A stretch of DNA of 64,000 bases, from assembly GCA_964016885.1 (NCBI GenBank), contig OZ024762.1, positions 744,001 to 808,000 of the forward strand, given 5' to 3'. Position numbers and translations under genes: made by a program. The DNA is from Eledone cirrhosa (lineage: Eukaryota). This document shows positions 52,150 to 64,000 of this stretch, piece after piece. Below the pieces are notes generated by a model, which did not search any database, was not told the origin of the DNA, and saw only the letters and a program-made list of their open reading frames with translations. Positions within the stretch are counted from its first letter, which is position 1. Each line of letters starts with the position of its first letter.

Positions 52150-52651
52150 ATTAAAATAATGAAATCTCGGGATTTTACCATTCTTAAGTAAGTTCTTTTA
52201 CTTGCTATCTGATTTGAACATAATCGAAATTTTACCATCTACGTAAGTATATATTTAAATTGAAAAAGTGGAGAATAAAATGGTCAACAGTACAAAAAAG
52301 GGGATTTATTTACAGTCTAACAATTGTTTCCCTGATTAAACTCGTCATCTACGTAAACCTCTTGTTGAGTCAAACAACGCCATACACTAAAACTATCCCC
52401 AATACAGAGTATTCACAACCACTAACTGGATTACCTATAACGATATTTTGTTATCCCTTATATATATATATATATGATCTATAGCAGTTATAGAACTGTA
52501 TACAATCAGACCTGATCTATAACAGTTATAGAACTGTATACTATCAGACCTCATATATAACAGTTATAGAACTGTATACTACCTTACCGTCTTCTTCAGA
52601 TTACATTGAGTTCTATCTACGGTACAGACCCTACCATGAAGGGTAAACCAC

Positions 52652-52689
<38 letters not shown>

Positions 52690-53625
52690 AAAATGATATT
52701 TTTATTTTTTATATAAAAAACATGTCCTACACGGAGGAAAGTATAAGGAAAAGAAATCGAAAATGCAATTGGAGTCTTTTTAAGAATATTTATTTATTTC
52801 CTTTACCGGTTTCACAGTTCTTATGCTTTTCAAAAGTAGAATTGAGATGGAGGGTTTGTGGTATATATGTGTGTGTGTGTAATAGTAATATTAATGAGGG
52901 TTTTACTAATTTACTAGGTGTATTTGACAACACCATATTCCTGCCTTTTGGCAGGGTGGATGAATGTGGCTTTGTGGTCATGTGGGCTCTCAATCAGGAC
53001 TCCCCCCACCCAGTAATCTCTTAGACAGACCCTGAAATTGACCATAGGCACTGCCGTTGCTCCCCTAATTAAACACTTATGAAATATAATATGGCACCTG
53101 TTGATTCTATCCTAAGTAATAAGGGCAGAGCCTCCAACAGATATTCTGAAAGGTGGCATAAGACCTCTTTGGAGCCCGAAGCAGGCAAAGATATTTCTCA
53201 AAATGGATGTTACATGATTGATGTAGGGCCCTGGAACAAAGCCCCCCCCCCCCCCCCCCCCCCGTCATAGGCCCTGAATAAGGGAACTATACTATTTCTC
53301 TCTCTGTTTTTCCATACCTGCATGGGTTGGCTGGGTGTTCACCAACACAGCTTCCCTCTACTCACGGTGTTTGGAGATCTGCCTCTGTCTTCCTCTACTG
53401 CAGTTGCCTTCCACTGGGACTCCTGGCATTTCTTCCCCCAATCACCGTCTATCTGTCTTACATGTCCATACCAGCTGTCTCCTCTCTCACACACCACATA
53501 TCTGATTTCCTCCTCTCAGCTCACCAGTGATATGTCAGCCATACACATTAATAACTGGCACAGCTCACAAACAACAGCTATGTTAAATCTCACACACACA
53601 CATACATATATATATGTGTGTGTGT

Positions 53626-53688
<63 letters not shown>

Positions 53689-54221
53689 TCAAAGTTCTGA
53701 AATCTTTGCTGAATGGGAACAAAATGTTATGGTTTAATCATTGTAAGACTTAGCTCTAGCTACAGCTGATTGTGAAGATATACAACTATATAGTTAGTCG
53801 AGTGAGTATTTAACCCATCCATTACCATATTTCTAATGAAAGACACTGTCTATGTCATTAACCCTTTCATTAGCATATTTCTAATGAAAGACACTGTCTA
53901 TGTCATTAACCCTTTCATTACCATATTTGTAATGAAAGACACTGTCTATGTTGTTTAACCCTGTGCAGGTTTAGCTGGCCTCCTCCATGGTATATCTCGT
54001 TGGAGGTGTCTTGGGTGATTTAATGATAGGGACCCCAGTCCCTATCATCTCATTTCTACAGCTGAGTAAACTGGAGCAATGTGAAATAAAGTGTCTTGCT
54101 CAAGGAAACAACACATCACCCGGTTCGAGAATTGAACTCACAACCTTTCGATTGCAGGCCCATATAATAATCAAGAATTATGAAGGAATTTAGTAATATA
54201 CTCGAATATAAGCCACCATAC

Positions 54222-54615
54222 CATTTACATTACTCTATATATACTATTGTATTTTCACATTAAAGTCTGTATCTCACATAATATCTCACATAACATTTAC
54301 ATTACTCTATATATACTATTGTATTTTCACAGTAAAGGCTTTACCTCACATAACATTTACATTACTCTATATATACTATTGTATTTTCACAGTAAAGGCT
54401 TTACCTCACATAATATCTCACATAACATTTACATTACTCTATATATACTATTGTATTTTCACAGTAAAGGCTTTACCTCACATAATATCAAATCTACGAG
54501 ATCTTGATGTTATTTATTTTGAGAACAATACCTTAACATCAGTATAAGTAGCTAGTTACAGCCAGTTTGAACAGAAAGAGGTGAGAGAATTCTGGCCGGA
54601 TATGATGCTAAAGGG
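54222..54615 (+). mobile_element. piggyBac-type MITE copy with ~4 internal repeat units
   Basis: Same 72/59-bp unit as the 28.8-kb array; ends ATGCTAAAGGG-TTAA. Confidence 0.78.
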
Positions 54616-54706
54616 TTAAATATATTAGTATTATGTATGGTCATGTAACGCCTGATAGTAGTAGTGGTGCTGTATTGACATACAGCGTTTCTTGGGTATT
54701 TTTAAG

Positions 54707-54902
54707 CCTGGTGGACCCCCATCTCCTCTCCAGGCCTGACCTGGTGGACCCCCATCTCCTCTCCAAGCCTGACCTGGTGGACCCCCATCTCCTCTCCAGG
54801 CCTGACCTGGTGGACCCCCATCTCCTCTCCAGGCCTGACCTGGTGGACCCCCATCTCCTCTCCAAGCCTGACCTGGTGGACCCCATCTCCTCTCCAAGCC
54901 TG
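54707..54902. repeat. 33-bp tandem repeat, ~6 copies
   Basis: CCTGGTGGACCCCCATCTCCTCTCCARGCCTGA. Confidence 0.92.
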
Positions 54903-57251
54903 AATACATCAGATTTCTTCCAGAGAAAGATAGAAAGTGAGAAAAAGATATAGAGGAAGAATCGACCCCAGTATTAGACTGGTACTTTTTTTATCGACCT
55001 CAAAGGATAAAAGGCAAAGTTGAACTCAGATAGAAGAAATCCGGAATACCAGAAAGCATTCTATCTGACGTTCTAATGACTCTAAAGATAGTTAAATATA
55101 TTAGTGTTGCTATAATATATTGCTTCTCTGCAGACAATATGGCGGTTATGTTGCAATAGTTAGAGATAGTTTATTTGATCCAACCTCCTTAAACTGCTAG
55201 TTTTTTACACTAGAAAGTTCTCGTGTACCAAGCAGCAAGTAGGTAACAGAGGTGTTATCACTTGTTTCTCTGTCTACATAACTGATATTACAAAACCTAC
55301 CTACTTACTCAGCTCACGTTACACTTCAACATTTTATATATCTTTTAACAAAAAAGCAACAACAGTTCTCTTCTAATGCTCAAGCTATCCATTGTTTTTA
55401 TTGTTGTCAAGTGGTCTCCCAACTGTAAAGTCATAGCTTTGATTCATGCTCAAGACGACCGCACATTGGCTTCTTGAGCAAGAGACTTTATTTCATGTTG
55501 CCATAGAGTCCTGTAAAGTTAATTCCTGCTTTGACAGAGTAAAATGGCCTTGGAACATTTCTGTTAAATACTGAGCTCTCCTGTGTTTAAAGTTACAATT
55601 GTATATATATATATATATATACATACATACACAGGGTGTACCAAAAAGGTGTATTCACACTTCAACAGCAGTCTAATCAGTGTGTATATATTTTGGGGGG
55701 ACACCCTGTATGAATATATATATATATATTACTTTATTTTTGTTTGTTTTACTTTACTTGGACTACCTTTTATTTTCTCTATCTATCCTTGTGATCCTGT
55801 CTCTATTTTTGTACTCCTGAAGAAGGGCTAAAACCCGACATGTCAAACTTTCTTTCCCCTTTTCCATATAAAGCGTGAAACTAATAAGACTTTTCGTACC
55901 TCTTTATTGTTTATATATATATATTGTATGGAGAAGTTGAAACACAACTTATTACGTTGTTGAGAAATTTACCGTCTGATGAGATTAAAGTTTCGATTTT
56001 TCCTCCCTCCTACAGGATTTACAGGGAGGTATTGTCGAAAAGACAGACAGCCCCTCTACACGAGCATGGCCTCACCATCTTTGCAGATCAATTAAGGTGT
56101 GTACACTGTTTATATTTCTCAATCCCTCATCTCCAGCTACTTGTGTGGACATTTTTTGATTTTTAACCCTTTAGCATTTAAACCGGTAAGATCCAGCTAG
56201 AATTCTCCCACCTCTTCCTGTTCAAACCAACCATATCGGGCCAGAATTCTCTCACCTTCTATGAGATATAATTTTGTAGGAGACCAGCTAAACCTACATA
56301 GGTGTGTGTTGTAATAACACCATGTTAGGACTGGGGTCCCCTACCATTAAAACAGCCAAGAAACCTCCTATGAAATAGAATGTTGTGTGGGGTGAGCTGT
56401 AACAACAACAACATGATAGGACTGGGTTCCCTATCTTTAAAACACCTGAGAAACCTGTAAGGTACATTTCCTGAAGATGGTTGCAACTGATTTATATGTA
56501 GCTGTAGATGTTGTCAACTACCTGTCTGGTTTTTGAATGATTTCGAAAATATTGAGGAATTTGGAGCAGTTTTGTAATATAACTAATATTTTCATTATTA
56601 ATCTGGTGTTTGGAACATAACTTAAGGTCGGGTTTTTAGATTTTTAGATAAACATAAAGTTTTGTATCTTAGAACAAGGGTGTTTTTGTTTTTTTATGAA
56701 AATCCTACTGTGAGATACTTTGGCCTCAGCTAGACCAGTGCAATTTGGTGGCTGGAAACTGCAGCAGCCGCTGGTGTGTGTATGTGTTCTCTAACTTAGC
56801 TGCAGGAGCCACTGGTATGTGTGTATATGTTCTCTTAGCTGTTCAACAAACCAGTCCTAAAGTTGACATGAAGATCTCAACACACCCTCAAACCTGTCCT
56901 TTTATTCAGCACCTTGTCGTTCTGTTTTGTAACATAGTTTTATTAACTTCAACTTGCTTCATTCAACTGTGGTTTAATTCACACTATATACACACTTCCA
57001 TTCACAATGTCTTCTACAACAACACAACTTTTTCACCTGTTACTTCACTGAGTACAGCTTATTCTAAAGATTAGTTCTTTGTTTCCTCAACAGTAGTAGT
57101 AGTTGTGGTGGTTGTAGTTGTTGTGGTGGTTGTAGTAGTAGTAGTAGTGGTGGTAGTTGTTGTGGTGGTGGTAGTAGTAGTTGTAGTGGTAGTAGTTAGA
57201 TTAACATGCAATCAGTCAGGTGGAATAGCGTGAATGAAAGTGTTAAAATGT

Positions 57252-57730
57252 TTGTTACAGCTCACACCTACATAAGTTTAGTTGACCTATTACAAGATTC
57301 TATCTCATAGCAGGTTTCTCAGATGTTTTAATGATCGGAACCCCAGTCTTACCATGTTCTTACAGTTTAGTTGGGCCCTTTACACGGCTGTATCATATCT
57401 CAAAGGAGGTTTCTCAGATGTTTTAATGATCGGAACCCCAGTCTTACCATGTTCTTACAGTTTAGTTGGGCCCTTTACAAGGCTGTATCATATCTCAAAG
57501 GAGGTTTCTCGGGTGTTTTAATGATAGGGAGGGACCCCAGTCTTACCATGTTCTTACAGTTTAGTTGGGCCCTTTACAAGGCTGTATCATATCTCAAAGG
57601 AGGTTTCTCGGGTGTTTTAATGATAGGGACCCCAGTCCTACCATGTTTTTGTTACAGCTCACACCTATGTAGGTTTAGCTGGTCTCCTATGAGCTTGTAT
57701 CTCGTGGGAAGTTTCCTGTATGTTTTAAGT
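57252..57730. repeat. ~95-bp tandem units of a dispersed repeat
   Basis: AGGTTTCTCAGATGTTTTAATGAT...CCCCAGTCTTACCATGTT occurs about 4 times. Related pieces lie at ~53965, ~56270-56460 (minus) and ~59535-59680. Confidence 0.75.
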
Positions 57731-57855
57731 CACAATCCTATCAACTCTATTGTCTTATGATTCTGAGTCCAGTACCCTAATAACTAGACCATGGTCCCTT
57801 ACACAATCAATTCTTTGAGATTCATTTCTATGAAAACTTATCTCTGTCAATTTAA

Positions 57856-58022
57856 CTTTTTAGCATTTTAAGCGGCTATATTTAGCCAGAATTTTCTCAC
57901 CTCTTTCTGTTCAAACCAGCCATAACCGGCCACTCATACTGATGTTAAGATATTGTTCTCAAAATAAATAATATCAAAATCTCATAGATTTTGATATATA
58001 GAGTAATGTAAATGCTAAAGGG
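57856..58022 (-). mobile_element. piggyBac-type MITE (short form)
   Basis: TTAA-CTTTTTAGCATTT...AAATGCTAAAGGG-TTAA. Confidence 0.78.
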
Positions 58023-58207
58023 TTAAATCTGCACTTATATATAATATATTATAGCAAGAGGGAAGAGGCCATGCTCTTTATGTAGAAATACAATAGTTGA
58101 TACCTCAAAAGATCTTGTGTGTAATAGATGTAGTAGGTTTGTAGTAGTTGATAGATTCTGTTACTTAGTTGATTAACCCCTTCGTGAGATAGTTGCTGTT
58201 TCAATTA

Positions 58208-58885
58208 CTGTATCTGCCATCCTATTGGACACACCTTTTTCCTCCCAAAACATAAAATCAAACTTCCCTGTGTCCAATATGTCCGTATCACTGATGTGAA
58301 GCCATACAGAGGGTGGGGACAGTCATGGTTAATAGAAATTTAGTTAGTATTACTAATACATTAGTACAATACACTAGTTTGTATTGCTATTAGTATTACT
58401 AATATTGTAATATAATACAATTTATATAAGTAAAATGATATCAAACTTATGAGTTTCTGAAGAAAAAAAAATTGTTTAATGTCCATTTTTCCACATTAGT
58501 ATGAGTTAGCTGACCATGTCTTGCTCATACAAAACTGGTTTTGGTTTGGTGTATACAGCTGGAAGACCTTCCTAATGCCAACCACATTTACAGTGTGGAC
58601 TGGGTGCTTTTTGTCGTGACACCTACATCACCACTTTACAGTGTGGACTGGGTGCTTTTTGTCATGACACCTACATCATCACTTTACTGTGTGGACTGGG
58701 TGCTTTTTGTTATGACACCTACATCACCACTTTACAGTGTGGACTGGGTGTTAATGAAATAATTTTTAATAAATTCATAAAGAAATGTATTAAAATTCTT
58801 TTTTTTTTTTTTCTCAAAATACCCGTATAAAACCAGGGTAGGGGGTCTTATACAAAGGAGGCGTCCAATAGGCCAACAAATACGG
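58208..58885. mobile_element. pogo/Tigger-type non-autonomous element with a nested SINE fragment (~58545-58750)
   Basis: TA-CTGTATCTGCCATCCTATTGGACAC mirrors GCGTCCAATAGGCCAACAAATACGG-TA. Confidence 0.6.
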
Positions 58886-61095
58886 TAATTGGAATTAATT
58901 GCTATAGGCTTGGACTATCAAGTAACAAAGTCTATATATAGAAAAGCTAGGGTGTGGTGATGTGACTTATTTATACTGCATTGCTTCTGGTCTCTTCCCA
59001 TGTCCCATTCATACACCCAACTTTAATTTGTGGTTTAGAAAATATTTATAAAAGCCCATTCTAATATTTCAGCTTTGTCATAAGTTTAGTGACAAAATCA
59101 CCAGTTTTATTCATGTTTTTTTATTGTATGAATTACTGGATATATTCGTGTATAAACCAAGAATTATTCCCAGGTCTTGAATAATTGCGTGTGTGTGTGT
59201 TTATTATGTTGTGCACCTGAGTACTGTACACAATAATTTCATTATTATTAATATTCAGATTTTTTCCCAACAAACCCCTCCCCCCTACTCTCGCTTATTA
59301 AACTTTACTAATCTATCTCCAGTGAAATTTTATTGTAAGTGATTCATATTAATACAGCAGCTGGAGAATCTAATAATTATTTTATTTTACATTGAAAAAA
59401 ATATTATATATATGAGAGAAAAGAACATTGTAAGAAATCCCATGTTTACGAATGTACTCTATACAATTACCGATTTCCTAACCAGCCTTCGTTTATAAGA
59501 ATTTAAGCAAATGTCCAACCCCCCCCCCCCCTATTGTTACAGCTCCCACTTATGTAGCTTTAACTGGTCTCCTACATGGTTGTATCTCATAGCAGGTTTC
59601 TCAGGTGTATTAATGATAGGGACACCAGTCCTATCATGTTGTGTTACAGCTCACACCTATGTAGGTTTAGCTGACCTCGCAAAAGTTTGATTCTGGGGTC
59701 CCCTATTATTAAAGTATTTTAATAATAGGGGACCCCAGTAACCCTATCATGGAAAGCAACATGAAATGATGTGCTCAAGAACACATTAGACAGGCCCTGG
59801 TCCAGGAATTGAACCCACATTCTTCTGAGTGTAACATCCTCGATGCTGTCTACGTGTGTGTTATCTTTTAATTAAAACCAGAAGCTACATTTTTTTCTGG
59901 AATATATTAAGGTGTGTGGCAAAATAAGCAGAATATTTCTCAAGTTATTTGCATAGAATTTCCACATTAATGGTTTCTTGAAGCAAACCATGGCAACTAT
60001 ATAGAGAGGAAGCAGCTGGGAGGAGGAATATTTAGTAGTGAAAGGTCAGTGGAGCTCCATAATCCAATGAAGGAAGTCTGTAGCAGTTAGTGTGACATTT
60101 AACACTTGCAGAAAGAAAGCCTGGCTGAGCTCTAGGAATATTATTATTGAAGTAATGGAGGTAGTGGAGCAAAGATCTTCTTCTAGATAGCAGTGATACA
60201 TGTTAGTTTGGAATTCCAAGGTAAATTGATTGGTGAGGAAATGGTGGCCCGGGAGGGGGTGCAGGTCTATTTTGGTAGTGATAAAATCCTCAGTTCTCAG
60301 GGGTGGGGGTCTATTTTGGTATGGTAAAACCCCACTTGTCAGGACTGGTGGGTCAACAGAAATATGGAGGTTTTAGAAAAATAAGAAACAAATAATTGTT
60401 TCTACTTTTGGCACAAGGCCAGCAATTATCCCAGTGTACTTTATTTTATCGACCCCGTAAGGATGAAAGGCAAAGTTAACCTTGGCGGGATTTGAACTCA
60501 GAATGGTAATAATAAGAAACAAATAATGTTTGTGAATTATTTGTCATCCTCATCAGTTTATGTCCTTCTTTCTGTGTTAGCATGGTCTGTCGGGGCAGGG
60601 AACCACCTCTGTCAGGACAGGGAGCCACTTCTCGATTAGGTCTTCCTACAGTTGGGTGTCTTTTATTATGGCACCAGCACAATCACTTAACAGGGTGTAC
60701 TGGGTGCAGATTTCTCAGTTTATATAAAAGAATATATAAGTTGTGCACTAAGCAGCCGAAGTACATAATAAAATTATATCTGTATATCTTTGTTCTTGTT
60801 CAATGGGACTGGAGGGTCATCGTGAGTCAGAGATCCCGGGGGGGGGGGGGGTCACCATGTGTACAGCCGACCAGGTCCACAGTGCCCTTCATTGCTGGCA
60901 GGTCTGTCTCAGTCCCTCTGGGGGGGGGGGGGGGGGGGGGTCATCATGTGTACAGCCGGCCAGGTCCACAGTGCCCTTTATCGCTGGCAGGACTGTGTCA
61001 GTCCCTCTGCATCCTCCAAGGTGACATCGAACATCTAGGGATCTTCTTTGGGCGTTTTCAGTCTGGCAGACCCCATCCCTCCCCAGGTCTGAACA

Positions 61096-62289
61096 GAGAG
61101 AGCCAGACTTAATACCACAAGACATCTCGTTAGTTCTAACGACTGAGAGAGCCAGACTTAATACCACAAGACATCTCGTTAGTTCTAACGACTGAGAGAG
61201 CTAGACTTAATACCACAAGACATCTTGTTAGTTCTAACGACTGAGAGAGCTAGACTTAATACCACAAGACATCTTGTTAGTTCTAACGACTGAGAGAGCT
61301 AGACTTAATACCACAAGACATCTTGTTAGTTCTAACGACTGAGAGAGCTAGACTTAATACCACAAGACATCTTGTTAGTTCTAACGACTGAGAGAGCCAG
61401 ACTTAATACCACAAGACATCTCGTTAGTTCTAACGACTGAGAGAGCTAGACTTAATACCACAAGACATCTTGTTAGTTCTAACGACTGAGAGAGCTAGAC
61501 TTAATACCACAAGACATCTTGTTAGTTCTAACGACTGAGAGAGCTAGACTTAATACCACAAGACATCTTGTTAGTTCTAACGACTGAGAGAGCTAGACTT
61601 AATACCACAAGACATCTTGTTAGTTCTAACGACTGAGAGAGCTAGACTTAATACCACAAGACATCTTGTTAGTTCTAACGACTGAGAGAGCTAGACTTAA
61701 TACCACAAGACATCTTGTTAGTTCTAACGACTGAGAGAGCCAGACTTAATACCACAAGACATCTCGTTAGTTCTAACGACTGAGAGAGCTAGACTTAATA
61801 CCACAAGACATCTTGTTAGTTCTAACGACTGAGAGAGCTAGACTTAATACCACAAGACATCTTGTTAGTTCTAACGACTGAGAGAGCTAGACTTAATACC
61901 ACAAGACATCTTGTTAGTTCTAACGACTGAGAGAGCTAGACTTAATACCACAAGACATCTTGTTAGTTCTAACGACTGAGAGAGCTAGACTTAATACCAC
62001 AAGACATCTTGTTAGTTCTAACGACTGAGAGAGCTAGACTTAATACCACAAGACATCTTGTTAGTTCTAACGACTGAGAGAGCCAGACTTAATACCACAA
62101 GACATCTTGTTAGTTCTAACGACTGAGAGAGCCAGACTTAATACCACAAGACATCTTGTTAGTTCTAACGACTGAGAGAGCTAGACTTAATACCACAAGA
62201 CATCTTGTTAGTTCTAACGACTGAGAGAGCTAGACTTAATACCACAAGACATCTTGTTAGTTCTAACGACTGAGAGAGCTAGACTTAAT
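61096..62289. repeat. 49-bp tandem array, ~24 near-identical copies
   Basis: GAGAGAGCYAGACTTAATACCACAAGACATCTYGTTAGTTCTAACGACT; period from GACTG at 61141 and 61190. Confidence 0.97.
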
Positions 62290-64000
62290 TTAAACAGCGG
62301 GATTTGAACTCAGAATGACAAGGGCCGTAGCTCTGCATCAAAGCATGGCGTCCGACCCTCTACCGATACTGCCAATCCACCGCCATGTAAATAATAATAA
62401 AACTAAGAGAGATTTAGTAGTGACACACCTGAATACCATCTTGTATAATGTTAACCTTTTGTTTTGAAAAAAACAACTTAATTCTTATATATAAAGAGGT
62501 ATTTGTAACTGATATAGGAAAATTGAAACTAATATAGCTGGTGGTGGTGGGGGGTAGTGTTGATGATGGCGGTGGTGGGGGTGGAAGTGTTGATGATGGT
62601 GGTGGTGGTAGAGGTAATTGTAGTGGTGATGGTAGAGATAGTAATGATGATGATGATGGTGGTGGTGGGGTGGTAGTAGTGGTGATGATGGAGGTAATAG
62701 CAGTGGTAGTAGTATTAGTAGCAATGTAGTATTGGTGGTAGTATTAGTAAGAGTAAAGGGCAAAAGTAAAGTTGTGCAATAGAAGAAATGAAAGTGGTGT
62801 GGTGGTGTTTGGAATGGTGCCAAGAGATGCGAGTCTGTAGAACGGAGGGGAAAACAGACACAACAAGTATTTAGCTACAAGAGCAAGTAATTATCTTATA
62901 TTTCTTATTCTGATTAGCTAGAGAGAGAGAATGTGAGAGTTGTCATCATTTAAGGTCCATTTTCTCAGCATGGGATAGAGAATATCTTTGGTAAAGAAGT
63001 TATTGTCTTTGTATGTGTGGAGAACTGGACATTGGTCATTGTTTCACATCCAGTTTCTCTACTGACCACTGTAGGCTAGCCATTGACCAAGTCAGTATTG
63101 GTCATATGCTGACCACTGTAGGATGGGTTGTTGTCATTGACCAGCTCAAAAAAACTGTTTGATGGGCATTTTTCTCTTTTTGAGGGTCAGTTGAAAATGT
63201 TTCCCAAATGTTTTAGTAAGGGATCCAATCCCATCTTGAAAAATGTGAAATGAAGTGTCTTGCCTAAGACCACATGATATCCAGTCGAGGTATTGAACCC
63301 ATGACCTAACGACTACGAAGCCAACACCCTAACCACTGGATCGCGCACCTTCATATAAATATAAAAAGGCAAAACTTCTACAATGGCAGTGCCCCCAACA
63401 TGGCCTCAGAACAGCAGTGCCCCAGCATGGCCACCACCCTGTCAGCTAGAACTATTTAAAAAAATATTAAAATAGAATTCCATAAATGTGTTCTCATGTT
63501 TGGAATGTGAAACAACAAGTGAATGACATTTGAATTGATGGCAGGTTTATATATTGTTTGAAATGAGCAGCAGCAGCTTACAATAGACTGCTTTAAGTTG
63601 TAGATGGTTCTAGATGGCTACAGTTTGGTTACTACTGCTGTCTTGGTGGTGGTGGGGGTGGCATATTTTGAAGATAGTAGCACCAACAAGATAAGCTGAG
63701 AAATACAAAGAACTAAAACTCTAGATATAATAGATAGAAGTACCATATGACAGCAAAAGTACCTGTTATTACTGGCTCTTACTGTCATGGAGGTAATGGC
63801 CGTGAAATATATGTATATACACTAGGTCCGAACACCCACTGTCACTGCCCCCATCTCTCATATACACCAGATCCAAACACAAAGGAACCAAACTCCCACT
63901 GTCTTTGTCTCCATCTCTCACTATATTAAGCAAATGTGGTCTCATGCGCTGGCTGGCCCCGGGCGAACAGAATAGAGAAGGTGTTCACCCAGCGGATGGT

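Noticed and set aside
55815-55850. Other CTGANGA hits (55817, 55976, 48756, 43285, and 60549 on the minus strand)
   Set aside because: No correctly placed GAAA plus stem I pairing. 55817 (CTGAAGAAGGGCTAAAACCCGAC) may be a decayed relic but is not counted.
59990-60230. Unique-looking stretches (7780-8270, 52900-53230, 59990-60230, 62800-64000) as coding exons
   Set aside because: No recognisable protein motif or convincing paired splice sites; probably decayed TE or intronic DNA. A homology search is needed.
61096-62289. CRISPR-like appearance of the regular arrays (also 9095, 19570, 28845, 32205)
   Set aside because: Head-to-tail repeats without unique spacers, no cas genes, eukaryotic context.

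Overview
AT-rich, repeat-dense eukaryotic (animal) genomic DNA. The SINEs and the heavy (TA)n/(CA)n/(GA)n/(GGT)n load resemble an octopod cephalopod, but the organism is my inference. I found no intact host protein-coding exon; almost all listed ORFs are translations of microsatellites or minisatellites. Supported features: one canonical tRNA-Phe(GAA) gene (20136-20208); a 5'-truncated Penelope-like element with a GIY-YIG endonuclease ORF; several RTE-clade LINE 3' fragments; two or three tRNA-derived SINE families, one sharing its 3' tail with an RTE; pogo/mariner-, hAT- and piggyBac-type MITEs; about a dozen tandem arrays, several born inside transposon sequence; and a probable promoter plus first exon near 37.9-38.6 kb. 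The most interesting signal is a dispersed set of about 8 minimal type-I hammerhead ribozyme motifs on both strands. They have palindromic stem IIIs and sit in short, often foldback elements, mostly near (TA)n tracts. This looks like a Penelope-associated, retrozyme-like non-autonomous system.
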